Source of the DNA: Fimbriosthenelais zetlandica
Lineage: Eukaryota
Direction: 5' to 3'
Assembly: GCA_977030845.1 (NCBI GenBank)
Contig: OZ365112.1
Coordinates: 26,226,001-26,290,000, forward strand
Length of the DNA stretch: 64,000 nt
The notes beneath the pieces are model-generated. The model was given only the letters and a program-made list of their open reading frames with translations, had not been told where the DNA came from and made no database searches. A program made the translations under genes and the position numbers. This document shows, one piece after another, positions 11,052-22,645 of the stretch. Position 1 is the first letter of the stretch. Each line of letters starts with the position of its first letter.

Positions 11052-11790
11052 TTTCCCGCCAGATGACGCCACATTCTAGTGGCCAGGGTCGGTCCTCCGT
11101 GGTTGGAGTCTTCAGGCCTAGGATTACATAAAGCTTATGAAGGGTTGGTTGCATTCTTGTACATTAGGCCTACCCGTCTTGATAGCTTAGTTGGTAGAGC
11201 GTTGGCTTTCCAGTCGGAAGGTGTCTGGTTCGTATCCCAGTCGTGGTTGTTCTTTTTCTTCCCGGTCAGGTGGGTTACAAAAGGGACGTAGATTGCACTG
11301 CCACCTAGTGTTTAGCCTAGTTCCAGTAGTTTCCCGCCAGATGACGCCACATTCTAGTGGCCAGGCTAGGTCCTCCGTGTTTGTAGTCTTCAGGCCTAGG
11401 ATTACATAAAGCTTATGAGGGGTGGGGTGCATGTTGAGATAGTACCAGTCTTCATAGCTTAGTTGGTAGGGCGTTGGCCTTCTAGTCGGAAGGTGTCTGG
11501 TTCGAGTCCCGCTGGTGGTCATTCCTTTTCTTCCCGGTCAGGTGGTTTAGACAAAAGGGTGACATAACTAGCATATGAAGGGTGGGGTGCATGCTTGGAG
11601 TGTCCCAGCCTGGTTAGCTCAGTCGGTAGAGCGTTGCATTCCCAATCGGAAGGACCCGGGTTCGAATACTGGTCTATCCATGGCTGGAAGAGTCTTTGGC
11701 CCGACTTTAAACGACCCCCTCTTGACTCACCGGGGGTAAATGCCAAAATGGGAGTCCCGTCTGCGAGCGTGAGCCGGAACGGTCAATTAT
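11052..11790 (+). mobile_element. Right arm: three tandem flank + tRNA-like units, the last continuing into a SINE-like body
   Basis: Units start at ~11052, ~11330 and (partial) ~11561. A boxes at 11183, 11455, 11615. B boxes GGTTCGTATCC 11227, GGTTCGAGTCC 11499, GGTTCGAATAC 11659. Anticodon and acceptor stems do not pair, so these are not functional tRNAs. Confidence 0.8.
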
Positions 11791-12449
11791 TTTTTCTCCT
11801 AAACTTAAGTTGTGGTAAGGCTATGCCCTCTATTTTTGTAGGCCTATAGTCAATAAAGGGGCCTACCGGTAGGCCTACCAGTGTTTTGCCTGTGTTTTCA
11901 GATAAAATCAAGTAGGCTTATAAAATAGGCCTCCCAATGACGGTAGCCTAGTCCTAGGTCTTCTGTGCTTGGAGTCTCCATGCAGCTGTAGTGAAAAATA
12001 ATTTCTTTTTTTCTCGTTGTTTTCGCAGCCTATAGTTCGAGCAGTGAATAAGAGTTAACCAATCAAAAAGGGCTGATGCCCTACCACAGGAAGCTATAGC
12101 AGTGGAACCTTGATCTGGGGACAGCGGCATACCACATTCGATAAATATTTAATACATCTTATGACTGAAGATCGCAACCATTGTTTAATGTAGCCTACAT
12201 GATTCGAGTCCGACTCAAGTGGTAAGGGCCTCCTTAAGAAGTCCCATTCCCCTTTAAATATAGAATTTGTGAAAAATGGTCTCATTGTATTTTGACCTGT
12301 TTAATTATAAATGGCTTGTACATTGTAATGGATCGAGGCAGATTGAAGGGAGGAATGCTGGGGTGGATTTGAGCGACGTCGCTGTTGGAACTTTCCTCCG
12401 TGGTCTCCCTTCCCCTTAGATCGAAGATCAAATTTATTTAATCCCTCGC

Positions 12450-12478
12450 ACTTCCGGTTCCACTGACGCTTACGTCAC
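12450..12478. promoter_or_regulatory. Promoter-like ETS + CRE motif cluster
   Basis: ACTTCCGGTTCC (ETS) followed by TGACGC and TTACGTCA in a locally GC-richer patch. Confidence 0.35.
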
Positions 12479-13331
12479 CCCAGCGGCCACTCTCTGTTTG
12501 GACTAACTTCAACCACTGCAAGATCCCTATTTAATTATACCTCCACAGAAACCTAACATGATTTGTCGAAACAGAATTTTTCTTAAGCCATGATACTGGA
12601 AAAAAGTCAAATGACTGAAACTGGATTTAAAATGAAATGATGACACAGGATGTATATGGAAGTCGTACTTGAGACCTGTGGGCTCGTCTATGGCTGGATG
12701 GTTACCATATAATCAAATAGATCGTCACCAAGGGTTGTTCCATTCACTCCCTTGTTAAAGATCTAGCTAATCATTGGCAGGTTAAAAAGTCCTTTAGATC
12801 ATTAGAAGAGTCCCTGCATGAATGGGCAAGTTCATCATCTCCAGCGTAATAGTCCATTCTGTAAGATGTCATATATTATGCGGAGACACGTTTTTGTCTA
12901 TAATGGCTTCATTTTATGGATGATCCATTTGCCTTCGTAAAATCATCAAATATAAAACATAAGAAGTTATAATTTAGGAGAAACCCCTTCGTTATACACA
13001 TTCCTCTATTTTACACACAAGACATATTAATTTTTGTTACAATATCAAAATATTAAAACCCAAAAATATACAATTACACATTCAAACTTAATTTGTCACT
13101 TTTCTCAAGATGTCCAAATGACAACTATAGCTGAGGACTGTATAATTTACTCTGTGAGAGGACCTTTTATATTATTTATAGACGATCCCGTATAGTCAAT
13201 CAAGAGGACTGAACGGCCTTTACAAAATGATGGTGAGAATGATGTCCAGTCATAGGTAATATGTAGACGAGTGTGATGACTGATGGATGGAGGTGTGGGA
13301 AGGTGGGAGGCTGGAGGCAAATCTCACGTAC

Positions 13332-13425
13332 CGTCATCTTTGTGCGATGTCAGTAACAGCAGCAAGATGACAGCACCCAAGATCTGCCACCAGCAACAAC
13401 AACCGCTGCTGATACCTGCTGACAT
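13332..13425 (-). CDS. Candidate first coding exon encoding a signal peptide (MSAGISSGCCCWWQILGAVILLLLLTSHKDD)
   Basis: Acceptor ccccttcttatctaccag before 13463. ATG at 13425. Hydrophobic core QILGAVILLLLL. Phase-1 donor ACG|GTACGT after 13332. Confidence 0.4.
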
Positions 13426-16354
13426 TATCCCAGAACAGACGCTGCCATGTTAGCTGCCTGGCCCTGGTAGATAAGAAGGGGTCCTATGTAGAAGTGCATC
13501 CCTAGGAATGAATCCCTCTTCTATACCAACGCCTGAAGTAATTCCTCTTGAAAAGAAATAGATTATGATCTTGAGGCAGTTTATAATATGTTTTTAATTC
13601 CTTTAACAATAAAACTGTGCACTTGAACAAAGATCGAAGGGTAAATATTCCGAGTATAATTAGTTGTAGAGGACATTTTCACATCAAAAAATGGCATGGG
13701 ATAACAAAATTTGAATTCAACCCCTCATCCCGTAAAACCTGTGGATTGTTTGTGGAAAACACATAAATTTGCTTGGTAAATAAATAATTACCAACTGTTA
13801 ACCTCTTTCAGTTAAGACACATGACTGTATTAATTTACTAAATGAATATAGCTTAACAATTTCACAGTAATATACAGTAAATTATTTCCAAATATCAGAT
13901 TTCGTGAACCAATTTCCTAAATATTTGACTTGGGAGGCCAATTTATAGTTAGCCCTTGGCAAATTTAGATTGACATGGATAATCAAGATAATCACATGAT
14001 TCCAGAAAAGCCACTTTGGTTATAGGGACCCATCATACTAGGTTTAGGGCTTTTCAATGTTATATAGAATGTTAAATTAATACATCACTTACCTCTTTCC
14101 GATCTCTATGTCCACTCCTCACTGCTATTAGAGAACTTATGAAGAAAGTAGGGAAGTATAGATGCCTCTGTATGTGGAATTTTTGGCACTTGCACGCCTT
14201 TCGTTTGTGTGGTATAGGCATCGTGGGACATTGTCTTCTATTCCATTATTACTTTGACCTCCCCAAACGTCCTAGATGTGCCTAGAGTGTAGTAAATCAT
14301 GACTTACAATATTGGCATCAAGACAAAAAAAAACTCCCACAGTTACTTGAACATTCCCATTATCTGACACACTCCTAATATAACATTTAAAGAAACTGAG
14401 AAAATAGGGGCAATCCTGCAGTTATATTGATTTTGATATCATAACTTCATTTTTTAAAATTAATTTGTATTGATTTGTTTTTCGTTAGTGTGTCTTGAGG
14501 CAAGTCTATGATATAAGATTTGAGGCATTCTCTCACACAAGTATCTGTCTACCAGACTTTGTGTCATAGGTATCGAGCTGGCAAGCAGAGTACCGGACTC
14601 CCTCAGTTGGGTCCATGCTTGATTACATCAACACTGTGCGTCTCCCCTTTGATAAAAGCATACAAAAGCACAGTTGCAACACCAAATGGGTTAAGATCGG
14701 AGAAGCGACTGAGATATTCTATGCTTGCTTGGCATAACCATTTCTGTGACTATGGCCCGAAGAATGAATAGCCTTAGCCTAGAAAAGGGCGTAAGGATAA
14801 TTGTGTACTTCTCCAAATAGGTGGATGGATGAATCATTACGCATCTTTAGCTATATTGTCTTTGAACTCTTTTCTTACTTTGATCGAGTGCCAATCATGA
14901 CCCCATTTATAGGTGTATGATAAGTCTACACCGTCTATAATACACGAAAATATATTTTCATTCAGAATGTATACAATATCTAAAAACAGTAACTTATATT
15001 TTTTAAATCAAACTTGTTTATACTTTTATGTAGGCAATTCGGGAAATACGTTCACTTGGTGGGCTCTATGATTTCAAAATATTATACACTTGAAAAATAT
15101 TGGATATGATGTGAACAGTAAAAAAAGTTTCTATTTTCTCTTTTCTAATTTCTACTCTGAAGTTTCTATTTTTCATAGTCTGTTTTGTGATATCTTTTGT
15201 TATTATTATTTATGTTCTTGTGGAAGCGGGCCAAAGAGGTTAATCAGAAGGCATGGCTGTCAATAAGAATCATTTAAATGAAGTTAGTACTGGTGAGGAT
15301 TACCCCCCTTCCCCCCCCCCCCCAGAATAAAGCCGATGATCGTTTCAGATGACTATTTGAGCTTGACGCAGCTTTAACTAGCTTATGAAGCAGTGCCGGC
15401 TAATGATACAGTTAACAATAGACAAGTACTGCGAGACAAGAGCCTCAGGAACAAGTTCAAATCTGTCCGGCCACACAGCAAACTTAAGCCTACTAAATCC
15501 AATGCCAACGTCATTAACTAGCTTTGTATAAGTCAGTTTCAGGTTAGGAAAGCTGAGGAAAAGACCTGGTGGTGATTTATAAATGTGATATGCATACACA
15601 GGAGTAAATGTAATGGAGGTGACTGGAGATCGCTGGTATATAATAATGTAAATGGAATTGAAATTCTCAGAGGTGCGACAAAAAGGAAGGCCTGGACACA
15701 TGTATCATAGTTAACCTATGTTTTTCTCTCCATGCTATGTTGGGTGTAGGCCATGGGAGAGCACAATCAAATCATGCCTACAGTTGGGATGTGTGCAAGA
15801 ACAAATCCAGACAGGAATTATTTAATCATGTAACCCCGGAATTACTAACATAGAGGTCGGTATATGTGGAATATTTTCTAAAATCAATTTGAAATAGTTT
15901 GCTTTTGTTTTGATTTGATTAATAGAATGATGTCTTTATGAATTTGTATGGTTTACAATCACTATAAACTAGAATAGAGTACTACATAGGTTAAGAAACT
16001 TTCGTATGGTAAAGAAATAATCAAATTTGCCGCATAGGCCTAAATACATACATTCAATGTTAATACATAAGAACATAATCTTCATATAGAACGTAAAGTT
16101 ACATGGGGAAGGATCTATTTAGAATTTTTGGGCGACATCTTTGATTTTAGAATTCTCTCATTTCATGACTGAATGTTCATGGATGCAAGAACTCTGGATG
16201 CAAGGAATCTGTTGAAAAGTCTAATAAGAATGGGCAAGTGTATGTTTCGGACCACTTCATGAAAATAATGTGACCCTGACCTAATATAGGAATCAAGTGT
16301 AGCCTTATTTTATATCTCCTAATGAAGCTCACGTTGAAAATTTTTCAGATCAAA

Positions 16355-17599
16355 ATGAGGGAGCAACCATCAAGAGGTAGCCATCTAGAGCCGCCTTCCA
16401 GGCCAGTGGAACCAAGTTCAAGGAGGAGACGTAGTACGTCAAACGACAGGGCATGCTCACGTCAGAGAAGTCTATCACGTGACCGTAGCCAGAGAAGACC
16501 AAGCTATGAGCGCCAAGTCAGTAATGGCCCTGTCATTTCAGACGTCTCAAAGGCAAAACTCTGTATGGAAGGTTTCTTCTATGCAAACCAATATGAAGGG
16601 CCTTATGGAAAATACATGGCCGTTATTATTCATGTTGGCAATGGATTGCTTGCTATTGGACTCTTCACTGCTATTCTCTCCTTTATCGTGTTCAAGGATG
16701 TTTCCACAATTGATGGCATAAAGGTGGTAGCCTTGGTGTTTCTAACTATAGGTTTTGCTATATCAATCAGCACAGCGACTGTGTATGCACGTGCTTACAA
16801 AAAAAGTATGCACAGGTCGAATGGTCATCCACACCTTGAGAGCCGGGACGTTCTCTTACGGACAACCTCAGCCATCTCGTTATTCATTATACTCATCGGC
16901 ATTGTCGTCACACCGCTGTCTTTTGCCCTGGAGGGAGATTACTACATTTTTTACCTTTTCAAAGTGGTTGGTTTGTGCTACATTGTATTTGGGCTGATCA
17001 TATTTCTAGCAATCACTGCTTATTCAAAGACGCGTCGTCTGCCCGACAGATCTAGGAACAGATTTCATCCTACACAGCCACGGAATCGAACTAACATAGA
17101 TGGCGATGTGCCACGAATCCGAGTAGACCATGATGGAGTCAGTGAGATAGCGGGGAGTGACATTGCTGTGAGTGAGATCAGTGAAGTGCCACCCCGTGGA
17201 AGTCCATCTCCTGTCTTTGGGGATGTCCTCGTGCCTCCACCCTACACTGAAATTGACCCTCATCCTAATTTCTCAGATACTGGTAGCACTACCCACACAG
17301 TGAGTGCAGCGCATTCACTTGTTACTTTGTTACAGTTTGCTTATGCTGATGAACTCATGCAGAATCCCCCTCCGCCTTATGAGGAGGTGGACAGACTCAG
17401 CCAGGCTCAGGAGATTCCTCCTTCAGGAGACGTCCAATCCCAAGAACAGGACGAGCGGAGAGAAAGGCCCGGGATGACAGAGAGGGAGAGGCGGTATTCT
17501 GTTTTACCCGTGTCCCTTGTTTCTCATCTGCACCTGCCATATGAGTCTATTAGAGGTGTTACAAGGACAGATAGTGGCCTCACGGTACCAGATTTATGA
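16355..17599 (+). CDS. Uncharacterised 4-TM membrane protein with PPxY-motif tail (paralogue 1, ~414 aa)
   Basis: 425-codon ORF. Acceptor tttttcag at 16348 just before AAA ATG (16355). Four hydrophobic segments, Arg/Ser-rich N-terminus, and tail motifs VPPPYTEI and PPPPYEEV. AATAAA at 18001. Confidence 0.85.
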   Translation: MREQPSRGSHLEPPSRPVEPSSRRRRSTSNDRACSRQRSLSRDRSQRRPSYERQVSNGPVISDVSKAKLCMEGFFYANQYEGPYGKYMAVIIHVGNGLLAIGLFTAILSFIVFKDVSTIDGIKVVALVFLTIGFAISISTATVYARAYKKSMHRSNGHPHLESRDVLLRTTSAISLFIILIGIVVTPLSFALEGDYYIFYLFKVVGLCYIVFGLIIFLAITAYSKTRRLPDRSRNRFHPTQPRNRTNIDGDVPRIRVDHDGVSEIAGSDIAVSEISEVPPRGSPSPVFGDVLVPPPYTEIDPHPNFSDTGSTTHTVSAAHSLVTLLQFAYADELMQNPPPPYEEVDRLSQAQEIPPSGDVQSQEQDERRERPGMTERERRYSVLPVSLVSHLHLPYESIRGVTRTDSGLTVPDL

Positions 17600-18000
17600 C
17601 ACCCATACATGAAACATGAATTGACAAACCTCATACACAACAAAGACATGTATGGAATTTCTTAATTAATCAGAAGAACGCAAAGAAATTGCCAATGTAC
17701 TTGATGATTATACATGGATTGCTTTTCCTCTTTCTTGATTCTATTATTGTTAAAAACTTTTACATAAACCTGATTACAGAACACTTTTCAAAAATTGTGG
17801 TAGAATCCCAAATTTGATACAAAAATACAGTTGATCTAATGATTGGATATCAAAGATTACCTTTGATTTTGAGGTTTCCATAGTATCATGAAAAAGAGGT
17901 ATTGCTGTATATAAGGCCTTTGCCAAAGACTTACTTTTTTCATCTTTTGGGCATCTTGAAAGTTCTGGGCATCTGATCAAAGGGCCACCTGTGAAAGATC

Positions 18001-18006
18001 AATAAA
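18001..18006 (+). terminator. Probable polyadenylation signal of paralogue 1
   Basis: AATAAA ~400 nt after the stop codon and before paralogue 2's putative upstream exon. Confidence 0.4.
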
Positions 18007-19154
18007 ATCATAGATTAGTCCTAATTTCATAATTATAAACACAAGAATACAGCAATAACATAATGTGCTCTTCTTAAATAAACAGAAAAGTATTGCAAAG
18101 ACAGGTGTTAAAGTTTCTGAGAGATTGGTCTTAGAACTACCAGATGGCAGCAGCAGAATGTCAAGTAGGCCTACTATTATTAACATGTCTAAAATTCACC
18201 CACATAAAAGCATCGGTCCAGAACACAATGGTGAATCTTCATTATACACCATCGTATTCATCTACCACAGAATATGTATGGTTGATGAATTAGCAATAAG
18301 GGATTTCTCAACGAAATGGTTAAGATTCATGACAAAAAGAAATAATTAAAACGAAGAAATAATTTACTGCAATTAGAACGTTCTGGAAGGCAGGGCCAAT
18401 ATAATCCATGTAGAGAAAACTTATCAATTTTATCAGCAAAATGTGTATAATCTATGAGGTCTTATCATTTAACATGTTATCTCTGTGGGCCACCTTGCAC
18501 CAGGTACAAATGTAGTCTTAATAACACGGACACACGGACAAAATGGTAGACCCAGGAAATCTACACATCCTAACATTATAATCATCTGTAAATGACGAGA
18601 CAAGACGAAGATGAGTGTCAGGTATGTGAACACCAGCAGAACCCAGCCATATCTATTTTGTAAATTGTTTGCTTTAAGCTAGGTGACAAAACTAATTTCA
18701 TTCAGTGTCATACTTCTTAAGATACAACAGGAAATGACCAATCCTTCATACTGGTGATGTCAGAAATCACGTTGGAATCTAAACAATCACAATTCTCCGG
18801 ATAACGACTTTAATATTTTACTTTAATAATAATAATTCTATTATTATGACAGCAGATTGTGCATGAGACCATACGGGATTGAAGACAATTTAAGATGTCT
18901 TGGCATATATGTTTCCAAGAGTACATTAGCCACCTTCTTCCTTATCAGTATATATCTCCTTAGGCACAAACCGTGCATGTTCTTAACCTGTTTATGCTTA
19001 CAATGTCAAAATGCTGAATACATGTTGGTGCAGTGCCAATACACATTGAATTAAGCCTGACATTATTTCGTTTTTCTCTAGACAAACTAACTGGGGAGAG
19101 AAGATGGCGTCGCCGACCAGTCCATGATGTCAGTGGAGTGAGAAGACCTTGATC

Positions 19155-19958
19155 ATGGCCATGTCTGAACCTGAATGTTGTCAGTCATGTTGCTGTTGTT
19201 GTTGCCGTGGTCATGTGAACCTTGTCTTGATGATGGCGGCCATCAGTGGCTGGATGATATCTATAGGTATCATCTCTTGTATCCTGGGATTTACAGCCCT
19301 CGCTGAGGCTGAAGACACTGATGCCTTTAAGGTGTGTGCGGTGCTCCTCCTGGCAATGGCCGTGCCAATGGCTCTGGCATCTTTGTATGTCCACCGACGT
19401 GTCATTGCCTTGATGGGGCAAAACGACCAGAAGTACATGTGTCACAAGGATGCCCTGTTTGACGTGTTTGTATGTAGTGGGGCTCTCCTGATCGTCATGG
19501 GATTTCTGTTCATGGTTGTGGGATTTACAGTGAGCACCTCTCCCATGTACCTCCAGTATTTGGGGATCACAGGGACAGTACAGTTTGTGGTGGGCATGCT
19601 GGACCTGGTTTTTATTCGAGTCTGGGTTCGTGGATCACAACCTCGAACAGGACGAGGGAACATCATCGATGTTATCCTGGACTTGAAGTATCCTGTGGCG
19701 GCGTTTGAAAACACACTGTATGCAGCTGAGAATCCAGCACAACAAGAGACTGAATCATATGAACAGGATATTGGTGAACCAGAGATTATTATAGAAAATC
19801 TGGGAGGTCCTGCCAGTGATGTGGTGGCCACCTACCTCCCAGCAGCTCCCCCAACGTATGCTCATGCTGTGAGTACTGTGACACCAAGTAGTGAAAGTGA
19901 CACTAGAGATGACAGTCAGTTTGAACCACCCCCAGCCTATCAACTTACTCCAGACTAA
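19155..19958 (+). CDS. Uncharacterised 4-TM membrane protein with N-terminal Cys cluster and PPxY tail (paralogue 2, ~267 aa)
   Basis: 269-codon ORF; first ATG at 19155. Acceptor tttttctctag at 19081 and candidate upstream donor CAG|GTATGT at 18621/18622. CCQSCCCCCC cluster, four TM segments, APPTY and PPPAY motifs. Ungapped similarity to paralogue 1. Confidence 0.85.
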   Translation: MAMSEPECCQSCCCCCCRGHVNLVLMMAAISGWMISIGIISCILGFTALAEAEDTDAFKVCAVLLLAMAVPMALASLYVHRRVIALMGQNDQKYMCHKDALFDVFVCSGALLIVMGFLFMVVGFTVSTSPMYLQYLGITGTVQFVVGMLDLVFIRVWVRGSQPRTGRGNIIDVILDLKYPVAAFENTLYAAENPAQQETESYEQDIGEPEIIIENLGGPASDVVATYLPAAPPTYAHAVSTVTPSSESDTRDDSQFEPPPAYQLTPD

Positions 19959-22549
19959 GGTGCTGACAGTTGACAGTATGTCAGAAAGTACCTGTATACA
20001 TTTGGCACTGACAGTATGATTATTATACATTTGACAGAAGATTCTTTGGTCACTAAGCCAGATGATACATGGGCAGTGTGGCAGGATATATACTTTTGAG
20101 AGTGTTACAGAAAATCTGTACTTTTTGAAGTATTCCAGAAGATACTTTGGGCTACTTTTGGGAGTATGACAGAAAATCTGTACTTTTTGAAGTGTTCCAG
20201 AAGATTACGTTTAACAGTATTCCTGAAGATACTTTGACAGGATCATGGGAGATTTTATATTGCTTTACTCGATTACATTTTATTTCTATACTGCCCCATC
20301 TGTGGTATGTATATACTTGTAATTTTGTACAAAACATGTTGCAACCCACTGCCTCGTCATGTTTGAGGTGATGCAATATTTATGGTGATATTAAAACTAT
20401 TATGATGACAGAGTATTCGTGGTATTTATACAGTGATTATTATGTACGTTTAGCCATTGGCAAAATGTAAGACAAAAAACAAAATTCATTTACAAAGTAT
20501 AAAGTTCAGTGCACCTAGTGTACCTTTCTTCCGAAACGTTTGGAGTCGGAATAATGTCCTATGCACAAATAATTGATTGATGACTAAAGAGATTTAGTCC
20601 CTCAACCGTGGCTATATAAAACCTTGGCCTGGACAAGATCTCTACGTATTATAATTGTTCTTCAATTTAAACGGTCTATATGACCGATGTGATACAATCT
20701 TAATGACCACACCCACACGTGTACAGTGTAAATTGCCATTTCCACATTATCACCTATTTCTGGTTCACTGATTTAAGGGTTATTTGCCTTCCATGGACAA
20801 TTTAACTATCCTAGGGTTCTACCGATGACAATCATCAAAATTAAAAGTATCGATTGGTTGACGATTGATATATGATTCATGGAGTGAAACAAGATATATT
20901 TGCAATGGCTAAACTGATCTCAACACGCGTTAAAGCGCAGTCAGCCTTGTCAGCGGCATTTCAAATAAAGTCCAAAATTGAGATCTAAAGAAATTAACAT
21001 GTTCTATGGTTGAGAAGGCCTATGAAATGGTTCATATAATCTATACTGAAGAGTACATAATGCGTAGATAAACTACCTTGTCCCCCGCGACAAAAAAAAG
21101 CGTTTTATGATCATGTTCAGTTTGATATTTTAAGTTTATGATGTTCAGGTTCATGCTTTAGTCAAGCCACCTTAAATCATTGTCACACAGGCCCGGTCCG
21201 CATGAAGCAGATGAGGACACCATCAAATCTAAATCAGAACATTGTGCAGACTAATGTTTAAGAAAGTTGGCATATATACTGAGGCAGCAGGCGTTTCTAC
21301 ATAGCTTAGCCCAATTATAAACAATTACCTACCATTAAACGGAATTTAAAACTGACAGATATATATAGTATCTTGCTCTAAGCGTACTAATTATGAGTGC
21401 AATTACATTATGAAAATTGCGTTGGAAGTACATATATATTACACGTATATATATGGGCACATCCGAAACTGTAGCTCTTACAAAAGTTACAAGGTGAAAT
21501 TAAATTCCAGAAAAAGTGATTTAGACGATGACATTTTTGTTTAGTCAAGCAGAGATCCATGCATAATATGCCATTTATTGTACAAGGGGGGTAACATAGC
21601 TGTCAGAGTAGTCTGAGCAACTTAAACGGAGCTGAGGTTCGGTTTTGTCCCATGAGGTGGCACTACATGATTCACATACTCAGTGGTTCGATAAACCACG
21701 GGTGAGTGAAATATTTTGTCGTTTTCCATGTTCAGTGCTTTCAATCCTAAAGTTTTAAAATTCTTTTAAGAAGAACTCCAGCTGAGATCACCAAAGTATC
21801 TAACAAAAACAATAAAATTATTGCTCCTCAAGTCATTATTAATCTGCTTAAAAATATCATTAGAAGCAGCGACATTTTATCACAAAAATCAAGTGGATAT
21901 TTTAACGAAAGGTCTTAATTAAAAGTGCAGGAGATTGCAACTGCTACACATAAGTGAAAAGGATCCAAAATATATTTTAATAGTGGAATAAAAAGAAATT
22001 AAACACACTCATCCATGATTGATTAATTATTACAAAATAGCAACTGAATGATAAACCTTGGTTATGTCTATAATTCCACACCAACAATAGTTAATTCCAG
22101 GTCGGAAGGTGGAATGTATAATAAATGATTCACTTTATATAGATGCTGAGATATTTCCTTTGTACATGGGTAGCTTTGGGTTAAATGTTGACAAATACTA
22201 GCTCTCAAATCTGCAGAGATAGGAAGACTGGTTTGCTTTGAAAGCTTTCAAAACAGGGCACAGATAGAGAGGGTGATAGGAGAATGAGGCGCCATGTCGT
22301 GCTGCAGTAATGGTCTATGACAGACCTGAGCTGGTGATTTCTTTACAACGTGGCTTTAATATGTCAGGGACAATGGCTGGAGGTCAGCAGCGGTCAACCC
22401 TAATAAAGGCAGAGTTAGGTCTGTGATGATGAAATAGGGTTAATAGTGGTCAAGACGTAGCAAAGGTTCATCTTTGCATGCAGAGACAATCCATATATTG
22501 CTTGACACGGGAAAACGGTGGGCAGGGTCCTAGAATACAAGGTGGGAAG

Positions 22550-22645
22550 GATGGATGGGTGGATGGTGTGTGTGTGGGTGGGAAGGAATGATAGGAAGGA
22601 AGGAAGGAAGGAATGATAGGAAGGAAGGAAGGGTGGAATAAAGGA
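22550..22645. repeat. GGAA/GGAT-rich simple repeat
   Basis: ggaaggaaggaagg runs. Confidence 0.8.

Noticed and set aside
6790-11680. Four tRNA-like sequences as functional tRNA genes
   Set aside because: Anticodon and acceptor stems do not pair and the nominal anticodons differ between near-identical copies; treated as SINE-like heads.
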